Part shown: positions 12,266-25,765 of the stretch, one piece after another
Position numbering within the stretch: position 1 is the stretch's first letter
Layout of the letters: every line of letters starts with the position of its first letter
Origin: Octopus sinensis
Taxonomy: Eukaryota
DNA length: 64,000 bases
Assembly: GCF_006345805.1 (NCBI RefSeq)
Contig: NC_043003.1
Span: 39,742,001-39,806,000 of the forward strand
Direction: 5' to 3'
Made by a program: the position numbers and the translations under genes
Notes under the pieces: generated by a model
Databases searched by the model: none
Told to the model about the DNA's origin: nothing
The model's input: only the letters and a program-made list of their open reading frames with translations

Positions 12266-13180
12266 CATGTTTCTATTAGTTCCCATCTACCAAATCTATT
12301 CACAAGGCTTTGGTTGACCCGAGGATATAGTAGACACTTGTCCAAGCCCAAAGTGCCACACAGTGGGACTGAGCCAGGAAGTGGTAGGTAGGGAATCAAA
12401 CTTCTTTCCACACAGATATGCTAGCGTGTATTTTCTACAGCACGTTTCTGAAAACGTTCCATTTATTGGATGTTGTAATTTGAGACTTAGTGTCCGTGTG
12501 TACATGAATTACTGCCTGGTTTGAGCCTGTACGTCACAAACTTTGGAAGGACACATGCTGTTTAACTACTTTGAATTATAGTTTCACTAGACCGGAAGAT
12601 ATCTACACTTCTAGTGATAGAAAATAAAAGAGAACTATTATAATTAACTTGTCATCTTTCTATGAATATCTATATTTTTATAGTAGCATGTGTAAATTGA
12701 TTTCAATGTACTCCACATATAGATATACAAATATAAACACACACACACACACGTGCGTGTCTGTGTTTAAAGATTTATAAACGAGAGGAAACTACTCAGA
12801 CGCAATGAACCGTCCAATTACTTCAATTAAAAGTCTTGCTCAATAATTAACCTTTATGAGTTCTCTTGAGATGTGTGTGTGTGTGTGTATGCATGTATGT
12901 ATGTATAAAACACCATTTAATCGATGCTGAATATGGGTTTCAGGTTTTAGCACAAGACCAGCAATTTTGAGGAGGGGTGTGTCGATTACATCGATCCTAT
13001 TGCTCAACTGGTACTTATTTTACCATCGACGAAAGAATGAAAGGCAAAGTCAACCTCGGCGGAATTTGAACTCAGAACGTAAAAACGTACAAGATGCCAC
13101 TAAACATTTTCTCCGGTGTGCTCACGGTTCTACCAGCTCATCTCCCTAATGGATGAATAAATTATACAAATTTATAACTA

Positions 13181-13395
13181 TTGGGTGGGTGCATAATTAT
13201 TGCGGCTTTTTTTTTTTCAACAAATTTTATTTAAAATAATACAATAACAATATTTAACAAAAACATCTTTAAATGACGGTCTCATCGTCTGCCAAGCAAA
13301 TGGGAAGCAGTAATTAAAGTAGATGGTGAATATGCTCTGGAATAATCATTTAAAGATGTTTTTGTTAAAGCCACAATAATTATGCACCAACCCAG
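13181..13395. mobile_element. Mariner-derived MITE
   Basis: TIRs ttgggtgggtgcataattattgcggcttt and aaagccacaataattatgcaccaaccc; TA on the left. Confidence 0.75.
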
Positions 13396-13676
13396 GAAGA
13401 TGAGATCATGAGACCAGAAACCATATCAGTTAAAATTTGATACTAATGTCTCCTCTCAATGAACAAAAGTGCGTATATAAAGAATTCATCTTTTCTGTAC
13501 TCCATAATGGCAGCAAGAGGAACCAGTTACCAGATGCCTAACAACGAGACATTATTTATATGGCGGAAAAAACTGCGTCGAGAACAGGTGTGGGAGGGGA
13601 GCAGCGCTGCAGGGGCTGCAAAGGCTGCGTGAGTGCGTAGAAACCATTTTATGGGTGGTAGTAGTAGTAGTAGCAA

Positions 13677-14305
13677 GGATCTTTTCCTTTTGAACGGCAC
13701 TTTGTAACAATTTCTAGGTAACTAAAAAGTTTTAAACTTCGTATACTGGTAGAATACTCTTGGTTTTATTGAGAAAATTCTATAGTTTGTAAGATATTTC
13801 GTCTGAAATTTCGAGCATTTCGGCAATTTTAACCAATCGATTAACCCCATTGAGCTAAAATCATTTGCTGCGTCTAAAACTGAGACAACATCCTGTCACT
13901 AACCCTAAACCTCACCCTAACCCTAAATATATTTTTTCTTAATTGTTAAATTAATTTAATTGTTACGCGTGTAAAAAAAACGAAAGCAATGGAAAATAAT
14001 TTAAACAATTAACAAACAAAATAAGTCTATAATTTTATACACACACTTTCCGTATAGGGTGAGGTTTAGGGTTAGTGACAGGATGTTGTCTCAGCTTTAG
14101 ACGCAGCAAATGATTTTAGCTCAATTAGAGGCGATTCATTGGTTAAAATTCGAAAAATTAAACTACGTTAAACAAACGAATTACAATTTTGTCAAGAAAG
14201 CCAAGAGAAAAAAATGTTTTATTTTGACACATTCTACCAGTATACAAAGTTTTAAAGTGTTTATAGTTAACTAGAAATTGTGTGCCGTTCAAAAGGAAAA
14301 GATCT
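13677..14305. mobile_element. Fold-back MITE related to 815-1216
   Basis: TIR GGATCTTTTCCTTTTGAACGGCAC with matching right end; internal inverted arms ~13850-13918 and ~14056-14125 contain (CCCTAA)-like repeats. Confidence 0.85.
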
Positions 14306-14353
14306 AATAACAATAATAATTGTTGTTGTTGTTGTTGCTGTTGTTGCTGTTGC

Positions 14354-14390
<37 letters not shown>

Positions 14391-14572
14391 GGAGTGATCC
14401 TGCTTTCCTCTTTTTTCCTAGTGCCATATACAATGTATACTCTCCTTCTTCTAATGTTTGCTGTGTACACTTTTTATTTTAGCATTCCATATGTAACTGC
14501 CCACTCCCACTCATATCTGACATTGTATTGTCTCCATAATCCTTTGCTCTAGTGGCAAATAAAAGAAATCAC

Positions 14573-14641
<69 letters not shown>

Positions 14642-14658
14642 CATCATCATCATTATTA

Positions 14659-15000
14659 AGGCGGCGAGCTGGCAGAAACGTTAGCACGCCGGGCAAAATG
14701 CTTAGAAATATTTCGTCTGTCTTTATGTTCTGAGTTCAACTTCCGCCAAGGTCCACTTTGCCTTTCATCCTTTCTAGGTCGATAGATTAAGTACCAGTTT
14801 TGTAGTGGAGTCAATATAAAAACGACTGGCCTCCTCCCACCAAGTTTCGGGCTTTGTGCCTAGAATAGAAAAGAATCGTTAGCACATCGGGCGAATTGCT
14901 TAGCGGCATTTCGTCCACCTTGCTGTTCTGAGTTCAACTTCCGCCGAGGTCGACTTCGCCTTTGATCCTTTCGGGGTCGATAAATTATGTACCAGTTGAG
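14659..15000 (+). mobile_element. Two tandem tRNA-derived SINEs, family B (central gcctttcatcctttcggggtcgataaa, Meta/Sauria-like domain)
   Basis: Head ggcggcgagctggcagaaacgttagc and B-box-like gagttcaa. Further copies at 12915-13140(-), 36113-36530, 37590-37810, 43000-43260, 48520-48670(-), 60710-60840(-). Confidence 0.8.
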
Positions 15001-15200
15001 TACATTTTGTGATTCTACATTTCTTTAATAAGCATTCTGTCATGTGGTGGGTGAGTTTACATTCTTAATTAATCCGGATGTTCAGTTGTAGCATCATTGA
15101 TTGAATAAAGTATTTAGTGTACGGATCATTAAACATATATTTTGCAACAGTTCATTCAGTGAATAATTATGTGTGTGTGTGTGTTATCTATCTATCTATC

Positions 15201-15257
<57 letters not shown>

Positions 15258-15264
15258 CCTCTCT

Positions 15265-15297
<33 letters not shown>

Positions 15298-15995
15298 GTA
15301 TATATATATATATTATATATATATATATATATATAATATATATATATAATTCATAAATGAGGGTGAAAAATTAGATATTAATTTAATAATACCATCAGTT
15401 TAACACCAAGTGGCCTAGCACATAAAAAACCTGGGAGACAATACAAATTTATACGTAAATATAAGGGAGTTACCGTTAAGTGGTTAACTCTAGTGCTAGA
15501 AATAGCTCCTTATTCTGGTATAGCCACCGAAGTTGTTGCCACAAAAGAAATAACATTACCTTCAACGTATGGAAAGCAAAATACAACGAAAAGATAAATT
15601 AATGCTGAACAATTGTTTCTTTATCAACATAATATGCAATTATACTCACATATTTATCTATAAATCATCAGCAGCATTTGTTTTCGATACAATTTATTAG
15701 ACCCACACGGGCGATAAATACCCATGCGGTCCAATCGATTGCATACATTGTTGTGATTTAGCTTCCCCGCCAAAAAACATGGTAAGACTTAGTACTGCAC
15801 ACAATATTTAGTGCAGTATATTAAATTTATAAATTCATAAATGAGGGTGAAAAATTAGATATTGATTTAATAATACCATTAGTTTAACACCAAATGGCCT
15901 AGCACATAAAAAAAAACAGGGAGACAATACACATTTATACGTAAATATAAGAGAGTTACTGTTATATATATAAACCCTTGATAAATATATATATT

Positions 15996-16552
15996 GATAA
16001 ACCCTTGTTTCAGGTTTTAAGCCAGAGGCCATTAGTCATTGATGAGTCAGGGCTTTGTCAACATCTGCATTATTCGCTCTCTTTGGATATTTGCCATTGA
16101 GAGGGTTTTCTTGCCATTTATCATTCAGAATATCTAAGGCAGCAGTTTTAGCACGGGTTTTCATGCGCTTAGCTTTTTCTGTGCTTGTTTCTTGTGTCTA
16201 ATTCCGAAATTTGTTGTATTCGGAATTCACTTAGATATTCCTTTTCCTGTTTTGTTACTCAGTATGATGCTTTCTTGTTTTCATGTTATGAGACAAGTTT
16301 TAACATCCAGTCCTCAGAGTTTTTCAGGTAGGTGTCTAGGCCAATTGTAGCAATCTTCATTGTTATTGCCAATTGTAAAAGTCCATGGCCTCCCTCTTTT
16401 CTTGGCAGATAAAGTCGTTCTATATCTGCCTTACGGTGGTGCATTCTATACATTGTCAACAGTTTTCGTATTTTTCTGTCAAGATTACATATTTCAGTAA
16501 TTGACCAGTTAACGATATTGAAACTGTAAGTCACAACTGGTATGGCTAAATC
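15996..16552 (-). pseudogene. R4/Dong-like non-LTR retrotransposon fragment (RT C-terminus)
   Basis: AIPVVTYSF...LDRKIRKLLTMYRMHHRKADIERLYLPRKEGGHGL...KWQENPLNGKYP...LMASGLKPET. Confidence 0.85.
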
Positions 16553-16789
16553 ATTGTTGTTGTTGTTGTTGTTGTTGTCGTTGTAGTAGTAGTAGAAGTG
16601 GTGAAACAGTGAAAATCCAGACAATAACGTATCCATTGTTATAACGATTCGAACGTGATCGCTGTTCCTTTTCCTCATCAGATAACACCACCTCCCTTGC
16701 ATATTCATCACAAGCCTGATTCACCTGTGTAAGGGGGCTTTGAGGCATTGCGTTATTTCGACCTCGTTGCATGTCTCCTCAATCAAAGT

Positions 16790-17330
16790 TACCTCGTCGG
16801 ACTGATGAATCTTACAAGAGCTTGAACGCTCCTTTATAGGAATCAGCAAGCAAATTATTTACTGATGTGTGTTGATGTCTGCTTAACATAAAAATTCATG
16901 GAATTTATGCAGAACAGCAAGAATACAGAAAATAACACATCTATTCATTCTTAATATGTTCTGGAAGATTTGAACATTAATATCTGATCACTTGTTTTTA
17001 GTCATCGAATGACACTTCTTCCCTTAAACTGCGATTCTGACTTTTACAGTTGAAGTAGACAACCAGGTAAATAGTGGTCTTTAGTATAATTCTTTTCTCT
17101 GTGGAGCAGAGCCTGCACCTCCTACTGCTATTCATATAAGGTTTGCAACTCTCCAATTCTCTCCCCTTGATGTAATCCGCAGCATATTCTTTCAATGACC
17201 ATATGTACCTTGCCAGGGTTGTGACATTTCTCTTCTCCCGAAAAGAACTCTCTTCACTCGGGCACCTACCTAAATTGTAAAAGTAAGATCTTCCGATCCT
17301 GCCCTCATGAACGAAGATATATCATTGGAT
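16790..17330 (-). pseudogene. Penelope-like element fragment (post-GIY-YIG C-terminus plus 3' region)
   Basis: Minus strand: SFREKRNVTTLARYIWSLKE...LESCKPYMNSSRRCRLCSTEKRIIL, matching the PLE C-terminal C..C..EK..IL motif. Confidence 0.8.
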
Positions 17331-20239
17331 ACTAGTTGATTTGCGCTATTGATATAACCGTTAGAATTTCCATCATGGTATTTCTTTTACCACAGTCTGA
17401 GGGCTTGATATAAAGTATGCCATACCCAACTTTATTTCACACACACACACACACACATGATTTTAAAACTGACTTCTCCATCCCCACTTCCTACTTCACC
17501 CCGTGCTCACATCACCCCAACTCATACTCTCACCTTACCCCCCTCTACGAACATTGACTTTATGCACTGTGATGATAATTTCTGATTTTTATCAAGAGTC
17601 ATAGTTCTAAAGAACAAAAGTTTCCTCTTTTTTTTATCTCTCACACCTTTTTTTTTTTTTCTGTTCCTTATTTCTTTCTTTTTCGACACCTACATACCAG
17701 ATGTGACACTTTTTGATCTTTAGTGGCAAAGAGCTCGCATCACACTTTTCCTACAAACCCTTCTGATGAGTGTTGAAATCGACTTTCTCAAACCCTCGTA
17801 TACAAAACCGATTAGTAAAATCGGCTGAAACGGGTCCATAACACTGTAGTGTATAAATATATCCGCTTTGTTGACCAGTTTTTACCGATTCATGGATTCT
17901 CAGACGACTGTGACTGTGTATATGTACAATATACATGTGGCGGGGGTATTGGGTCATGCGTACATGTATGTGTGTGTGCGTAGAGAGAGAGAATGAGGGA
18001 GATTAAGAGATTAAGAGAGAGGGAGGGAGAGAAAGCGAGAGGGAGATTAAAAGAGAGAGAGAGAAGGAGGGAGAGAAATGGGGGAGAGAAAGAGAGAGAG
18101 AATATAATTCTCAGGGACAACTGCTTTATAAAATCGTTGACGTATTTGATGATTTTAATGAATTGAAATTAATTAAATATGCAATGCTAAAGTCTGAACT
18201 TTAGCATTGCAGTAACAACTCCAGACATGTTTCGGCCTTACTGGAGCACTCAACTAATCATATTATAACTGCTTGTTTCAATCTTAGATGAATGCGATTT
18301 GTTTCCCTGTTGTTTTGTGAATGAACATTGTGGCTTTGTAAATCAAGGAAATGGCTATATATGTGTAAACCTTTTGCCGATGTACACTTGCGAAGGGTGG
18401 AAACATCATCGAGAAAGCCAAACTAAGACCTAGCGGAGTTTAGGAATAGCTGTCTCTCGAAGTCCTATACCTCATAGGAAAGGGAAACAGTATAGAGGTG
18501 ATGCGCAAAATGCAAAATATCAAATTTTTTTCAATAGCTATCTGCGTATCATACATAATGTATACACGCAATCAATAGGCCAGTTATCTCAAGAGAAATA
18601 CTGCTGTAACTGGGATATCAACAGTGTGTATACATGAAGTATAACATAGAAGGCTGTTTTAATCTAATACTGCCTCAATAGCATATATCAGATTTTTGGA
18701 AGGAATCATTTTTCTTAAAATTGTAATGTTCATTGTATGAAACACAGGAATAGTGAAAAAAAAGTTTAGAAAAAAACCCCCAAAAAACACCTTTCTTTTC
18801 CCAAGAGGTAAGTGTTTTTGAGGGATAGCAATTCAAAAATTCTGTTCATGACCTTACGATATTTTCTTTCTTCTGAGTTATAGACACTCCCTTACGATAA
18901 ATTAATCACTGGCCTGTTGGAAATGTGCATCAAATGCATTTACTTCATTTGTTTAGAAAAAAAAATGTGTGATAAGAAGCTTGGTTCTGAACCACGTAGT
19001 TCCGGGTTCAGTTCCACTTCGTGGAGCCTTGGGTAGATGTCTTCTATCATAGCCTCGAGTTGACCAAAGCCTCGTGAGTGGATTTGATAGACGGAAACTG
19101 AAAGAAGCCTGTCGTGTATATATTCTTCTATTCTTTTACTTGTTTCAGTCGTTTGACTGTGGCCATACTGGAGCACCGCCTTAAAATTTTTTTTGTTTAG
19201 TCGAGGCAGTCGACCCCAGGACTTATTCTGTCGGTCTTTTGCCGAACCGCTAAATTACGGAGACGTAAACACACCAACATCGGTTGTCATTGTGTTTGTC
19301 TTTGTCCCCACTCCGCACCATTGCTTAACAACCAATGTTAGTGTGTTTATGTCCCTGTAACTTAGCCATTCGGCAAAAGTGACCTATGGAATAAGTACCA
19401 GACTTACAAAAATAATAAGTACTGAGGCTGATTCATTCGACAGAAAATTCTTCAACGCGGTGCCCCAGCATGACCACACTATAACGCCTGAAACAAGTAA
19501 AAGATAAAAAGATATCCAGAAGGTATTTCACCCGATAACCTAAAGGGAGGTAACTCTAGCAAATTTGTTCCGCTTTAGCATGACGTCATATACAAACTAA
19601 CCAAACTATAATCATAAGCCAACAGTGGGACCTTCAACGTGGTTGCTTGACTACTGAAAATGGCAAACAAATCTTTCTCAAGCTATCGTACTATCTTATA
19701 TAAATCAAAGCACGTGAGAAATTGTAGTCTTATATCGTCTTAAAAGACAGGATGGTCACAGCGAGAATAATTTCCACGGTAGCCTACCTTGCATGTGACT
19801 CAGACCTAAAGAACTATAAGAATTGAAAGGAAAAAAATCGGTAAAAGTTTATCAGTTTCTTTGCAATGTTATCTAAACTATAGGTCAAGAGGGGATAGAT
19901 TACTGTAAAGGCAGAGAGAGAGGGGGAGAGAGAGAGAGAGAGATTGGGTGGAAGAAAGAGAGAATAATACCACGCCAACGTTTGGAAATGTGCTTTGTCG
20001 AAACTTGTTGTTGGACACACACGCACAAGCACATACATACATACATACATACATACATACATACATACATACATACATACATACATACATAGTAACAAGC
20101 ATGCATACATACATACATACATACATACATACATACACACAGACATACATAAACTTTCAAACACGATCGCGCGCATATGTGAACATTAAGTGTGTATGTG
20201 TGTGTGAGAGAGAGAGAGAGAGAGAGTGTGTGTGTGTGT

Positions 20240-20272
<33 letters not shown>

Positions 20273-21615
20273 ATCTTTTAAAACAAAATTGAGCTAAGAG
20301 AAATAACTCAGAGTGGCCAGCGGCATGTATTTGTACAACAGACGTAAAATACAGGCGCATCAAATACAATACAACACAAGTTTTTGATTTATTAAACTTA
20401 CCATTGCCTCTACAGGGTGTGTCGCAGTTACCAGATGGTGATTGATATCTGTTCAAGATTCAAGAATTTCTCCAAAACTGACATGCCATAAAGGAAAAAC
20501 AGGTTTATTATCTAGAGATAAGAGGACCATCGTGTATTAGTGTTTCTGCCTTTATAGGCGTCATCAGCACGACAATTGTCATTTCTTATCTCCAGAAGTC
20601 AACAGACTTAAACGTCTTTTATATTTTACTTGTGTCAGTCATTAGATTGCAGCCATGATGAGGCACCGCCTTAAGGAATTTTAGTCGATCTAATCGACCC
20701 CAATACTTATTATTATTTTCTTTGAAGCCTAATACTTATTCTATCGATATCTTTTGCCGAACCGCTATGTTACGGGAACGTAAAACAAGCCGACATCTGT
20801 TGTCAAATGGTGGGGGACAAACACGCGCGCGTGTGCACGCATGCACATATATGTGTACGACGGGCTTCTTTCAAGCTTTAGTCGGCCTGAGACTATAGTA
20901 GAAGATACTTGCCCAAGGTACCACGCAATGGGACTGAACTCAGTTCGTAGTACCTTGGGCAAGCGTCTTTTAGTATAGCCTCGAGCCTACCAAAGCCTTG
21001 TGAGTGGATTCGTGAGACAGAAACTGAAAGAAGCCCGTCCTAAAAGTGTAGATCACGTTTATGGCCTAATTAATATGCATATTTAAACAAAAATGTTTCA
21101 ATCGTCATTTGCTAAATGTGGCACACCCTCAAGAAGTGGAGATAATTTTTTATAAACAAATATTTTATATTGTAAAGCTTTTGATGTGCCTATATTTGTC
21201 GAAGCCTGTCCTATCCTTAACGGTGTGTCACTTTGGAGACTTCTTAATTCTTCACATTGTCTCTCTTTCTCATACGGAACTGGTCTTAGTTATCATTTGT
21301 AATAGCAATCTTAAGACACAAGGAGATAGGTATTTAGTTTAAAGACTTTCTGCTTATCTCAGGGTTCTGGGATTCAAAACGTTATATAATTAACAATTTA
21401 TGATTTTCCTATTTTATTTCCTACAAATAATGAATAGGTATCTAAGCATGATCTAGCTCTCTAGCCTACTTGAATTTCAGTATATTATTATAAGAGAGAA
21501 AAGGATGCATGTTGCATATAAATTAAGTTGCAATCGTTTAAGTTTCGGTGGTTTCTACATCTGTGTTACCAATATATACATATGTATATATATATATATA
21601 TATTATATATATATA

Positions 21616-21670
<55 letters not shown>

Positions 21671-21686
21671 ATATATATTATATATA

Positions 21687-21865
21687 GGCGCGGGAGTGGC
21701 TTTGTGGTAAGTAGCTTGCTTACCAACCACATGGTTCCGGTTCAGTCCCACTGCGTGGCATCTTGGGCAAGTGTCTTCTACTATAGCCTCGGGCCGACCA
21801 AAGCCTTGTGAGTGGATTTGGTAGACGAAACTGGAAGAAGCCCGTCGTATATATGTATATATATA

Positions 21866-21929
<64 letters not shown>

Positions 21930-22125
21930 TTGTGTGTCTGTGTTTGTCCCCCTAGCATTGCTTGACAACCGATGTTGGTGTGTTTATGTCCCCGTCAATT
22001 AGCGGTTCGGCAAAAGAGACCGATAGAATAAGTACTGGGCTTACAAAGAATAAGTCCTGGGGTCGAGTTGCTCGATTAAAGGTGGTGCTCCAGCATGGCC
22101 GCAGTCAAATGACTGAAACAAGTAA
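21687..22125 (+). mobile_element. Full-length SINE family A copy inside a (TA)n array
   Basis: Complete head (A-box, B-box-like ggttcagtccc), internal TA/TG microsatellite, tail gactgaaacaagtaaaa; CpGs retained. Confidence 0.85.
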
Positions 22126-22529
22126 AATAGTAAAATAGTAAAATAGTATAGTATATATATATATAAGCATATTTGTATACATACATATATGCATGCATGC
22201 TTACATAGTACTCATACATCTACATATGCATACATACTGACATACATATATACATGATCGGTCAGACTATCAGATTGTGTTACACATCATTGGTCACAAA
22301 GTGCTCCGCATCGTTGTAGCCTTTGAATGGAGCCACCTTGCTGGCTAGGCGAGTAGGCCAACCCGCCACCCCACTAACTGAAAGTAGGACTAAAGCAACG
22401 TGAAATGAAGTGTTTTGCTCAAGAACACAACGCACCGCCTGATCTGGGAATCGAACCCAATATCTAACGACCGGGAGTACAACAGTCTAACCACTAGACC
22501 ACGCACCTTCACACACACACGTACGCACG

Positions 22530-22621
22530 CAGACGTATGTATGTATGTATGTATGTATGTATGTATGTATGTATGTATGTATGTATGTATGTATGTGTGT
22601 ATGTGTGTATGTATGTATGTA

Positions 22622-22652
<31 letters not shown>

Positions 22653-24305
22653 GTGTGTATGTATGTATGTATGTATGTATGTATGTATGTATGTATGTAT
22701 GTATGTATGTATGTATGTATGTGTGTGTATGTATGTATGTATGTATGTACGTATGTATGTATGTGTGTATGTATGTATGTATGTGTGTACGTGTGTATGT
22801 GTGTATGTATGTATGTATGTCAACGATTTTGACAGTTCGCCAGATGAATTCACATAAAACCCTTATCTCGAACTGTCTCTTCAGCTTGATTTAAATTATT
22901 CATTTTGCATTGTATACACTCACCGACGTACCCAGACCACTAATATTTCAACTCCATTTTACCAAAACATGTTGTGACCAGATTATACTGTCACCATTTC
23001 AGGATTTGGCAACTAACTGCCTTTACACATTCACCCTGCCTGCCTTTGTTCTCTCATTCTCTTATCTACATTTCACTCCTTCTTCGGTCAGTGGTGCTAG
23101 GTGAAAAATATAAATACTTCCTCTGTTTTACGCTTTTCTATCATTATTATTATTATTATTATTATTTTTTAATACTTCGTCCTTTTTTTTAATTTTTTTT
23201 TTTTTTTTTTTTTAGTTTGCTATGTTGGTACCCGTTTCGTTTAGATGTCAAACTTTGCCTCTCTCTAAATCTGATCATTGTTGATCGTTGAAGTTCTACA
23301 GCATTCTGGGACGTCTTTGTATATTCTATGTTCAAAGAGAAAGGAGAGTAAAACGTGAGAGGAAACAAAATATGAACAACACCAAGGAGAAAAGGTGATG
23401 AGAACCAAACACAAAAGGTAACAGGAACGCTCACACCTTCGCACGCATACGCACACACACACACAAACATACTCACTCTTACATACATACAAACATACAT
23501 ACGTACGTACATACATACATACAAACATACATACATACATACATACACACATACATACATACATACACATGTATGTATGTATACATACACACATGTATAC
23601 ATACACACATAGATACATAGATACATACATGCACACTCATACATACACACATACATTCTCACATACATAACACATACATACATGCATACATGCATACATA
23701 CATACATACATACATACATACACACATACATACATACATACACATGTATGTATGTATACATACACACATGTATACATACACACATAGATACATAGATACA
23801 TACATGCGTACACACACATACATGCACACTCATACATACACACACATACACACATACATTCTCACATACATAACACATACATACATGCATACATGCATAC
23901 ATACATACATACATGCATACATACACACATACATACATACAAACATACATACATACACACATACATACATACACATGTATGTATGTATGTATGTATGCAT
24001 GTATGTATGTATGTATGTATGTATGTATGTATGTATGTATGTATGTATGTATGTATGTATGTATGTATGTATGTATGTATGTATGTTTGTATAACTCAAA
24101 TACACTCATACATACATGCATAAATACGTCTGTACATAGATACATGCATGCATACATACATACTTGTACACGATATATACATGCACATGTATGTATGTAT
24201 GTATGTATGCATGTTTGTTTGTATGTATGTGTGTGTATACATACATACATACATACATACATACATACATACATACATACATACATACACACACACATAC
24301 ATACT
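22530..24305. repeat. Large compound (TATG)n/(CATA)n microsatellite blocks
   Basis: Directly visible at 22530-22820 and 23450-24305. Similar arrays at 20030-20150, 26460-26730, 38320-38560, 41650-41820, 52900-53330. Confidence 0.97.
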
Positions 24306-24961
24306 ATATTACTTTTTGTTTCCACATTTGCTTCTTCTTATAATATCTAAAATATATTAGTTTTAAAATATACAATTTCGAGTCAAATTTGTTTCACATT
24401 ATTATCAATCGTAACGAATAACTTTCAACATTCAGTTGTAGATTCTGATACAGAGCTTTCACAACGTTAGTTACTATGGTAGATCATAAAAAGATTATTC
24501 CCTACATTGAAACGATAATAATATGAACATGTCATTTCATGAAATAAAGAGTCCTTATTTCTGCTCTACCTATACGACAGCATTGTAAGAATATCTTTTA
24601 TTCTGACCAAAATTCTAAATTTTAACCATGACTATGTGAACTAAATTTTATATGTTGCGTACAAGACCTTTTTTGATGCATAAACTATTGTTTGCCTCAT
24701 TAGCAGTATTTATTCTATAAGAGAAAGATATTCAACAGATCTGAAAGTGTCTTTGATATTTTCTTGTTTGGAAATCAGGTTTTTCAAGCTATACTTTCAA
24801 GCTTACACGTTAATTAAACGACTTTAAGTTCGTTTAGATATTAACAGAAGGACGCTGCTAAGGTGGTCCTACGCGGTTACTCTGAAAGATCGCATCGATA
24901 TTCGATGTGTGTGTGTGTGTGTGTGTGGTGTGTGTGTGTGTGTGTGTGTGTTGTGCGTGCG

Positions 24962-25158
24962 CGCGCTGAAAAGTTCCTGGTTTGGGGTAAAAGAAAATAC
25001 AAGAGGATCAGTTGTGATTTTATTAGACATATTCCCCTCTCAGATTCACATACTTATTGCAACGGTCCTTCAGTTTTTCAAAGAACTCGGAAGATTGGGC
25101 CCCTATCCAGGCCTTTTGCGACACCCTCAAAGCCAGGAGCTTTTCAGCCACCCCCTCG
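24962..25158. mobile_element. Mariner-derived MITE
   Basis: TIRs ctgaaaagttcctgg and ccaggagcttttcagccaccccctcg followed by TA; same family as 34418-34635 in the opposite orientation. Confidence 0.8.
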
Positions 25159-25706
25159 TATCTGTCGGTTTCAAAAGTTCTCTGTCTGTTAAATTTCCAT
25201 TTTAAAAACAATAACCTAATAAGATAGCGGAATATTTAGATATGATAATGTGATCGGTTACGTAGTTATTGTAGCGAACTTAAACTTTCTAATTATTAAA
25301 ATTACACCTGTAATGAAGAAAAAGAAATATTAAGCGTTATTCAGGAACACACACACGGGAAGGGAGTTTGAAATCCAAGCGGCCCGTCTAAGAAATAAGC
25401 CCAGCGTGGTGGGGGTGGCTGTTGCAGTGAGTGTCACTGACCATTCTCCGTGGCAACGCCTTTGCATTTATATCTGTGACCTCTCCACCTTCACCATCGC
25501 TTACTGTTTAATATACCCCAACTTTTGCTATCATCCTTTCGGGGTCGATAAATTAAGTAGCAGTTGCGTACTGGGGATCGATCTAAATTTCGAGCCTTAT
25601 GCTTTTTTTTCTGTGTTTCCTTGATGAGGTAGTTATTGTTTTTGTTTCTTTTGACAATTTGATGTTTTATACTTTAATGTGTTTTTTCTTTCTTTTCTTC
25701 CTCTAG

Positions 25707-25765
25707 CGAAATAATCAATTGACTGCATTAACATAAATTAAAAATGAAATAGGAGAATGCTATCG
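25707..25765 (+). other. Candidate 5'-UTR exon of the FBXW10-like gene
   Basis: Long pyrimidine tract plus ctag acceptor and a gtgagt donor around 59 nt of non-repetitive sequence. Coding exon 1 begins with an acceptor, so an upstream exon is expected somewhere. Confidence 0.35.

Noticed and set aside
14158-14696. Poly-Q, poly-C, poly-V, poly-T and poly-N ORFs
   Set aside because: (TTG)n and (TTA)n trinucleotide tracts next to a MITE and a SINE; no coding context.
19814-24360. Many long ORFs (up to 378 aa) of MYVC/HTYI repeats, also at 26.3-26.8, 38.2-39.2 and 52.8-53.4 kb
   Set aside because: Translations of (TATG)n/(CA)n/(TA)n microsatellites, which lack stop codons by construction.
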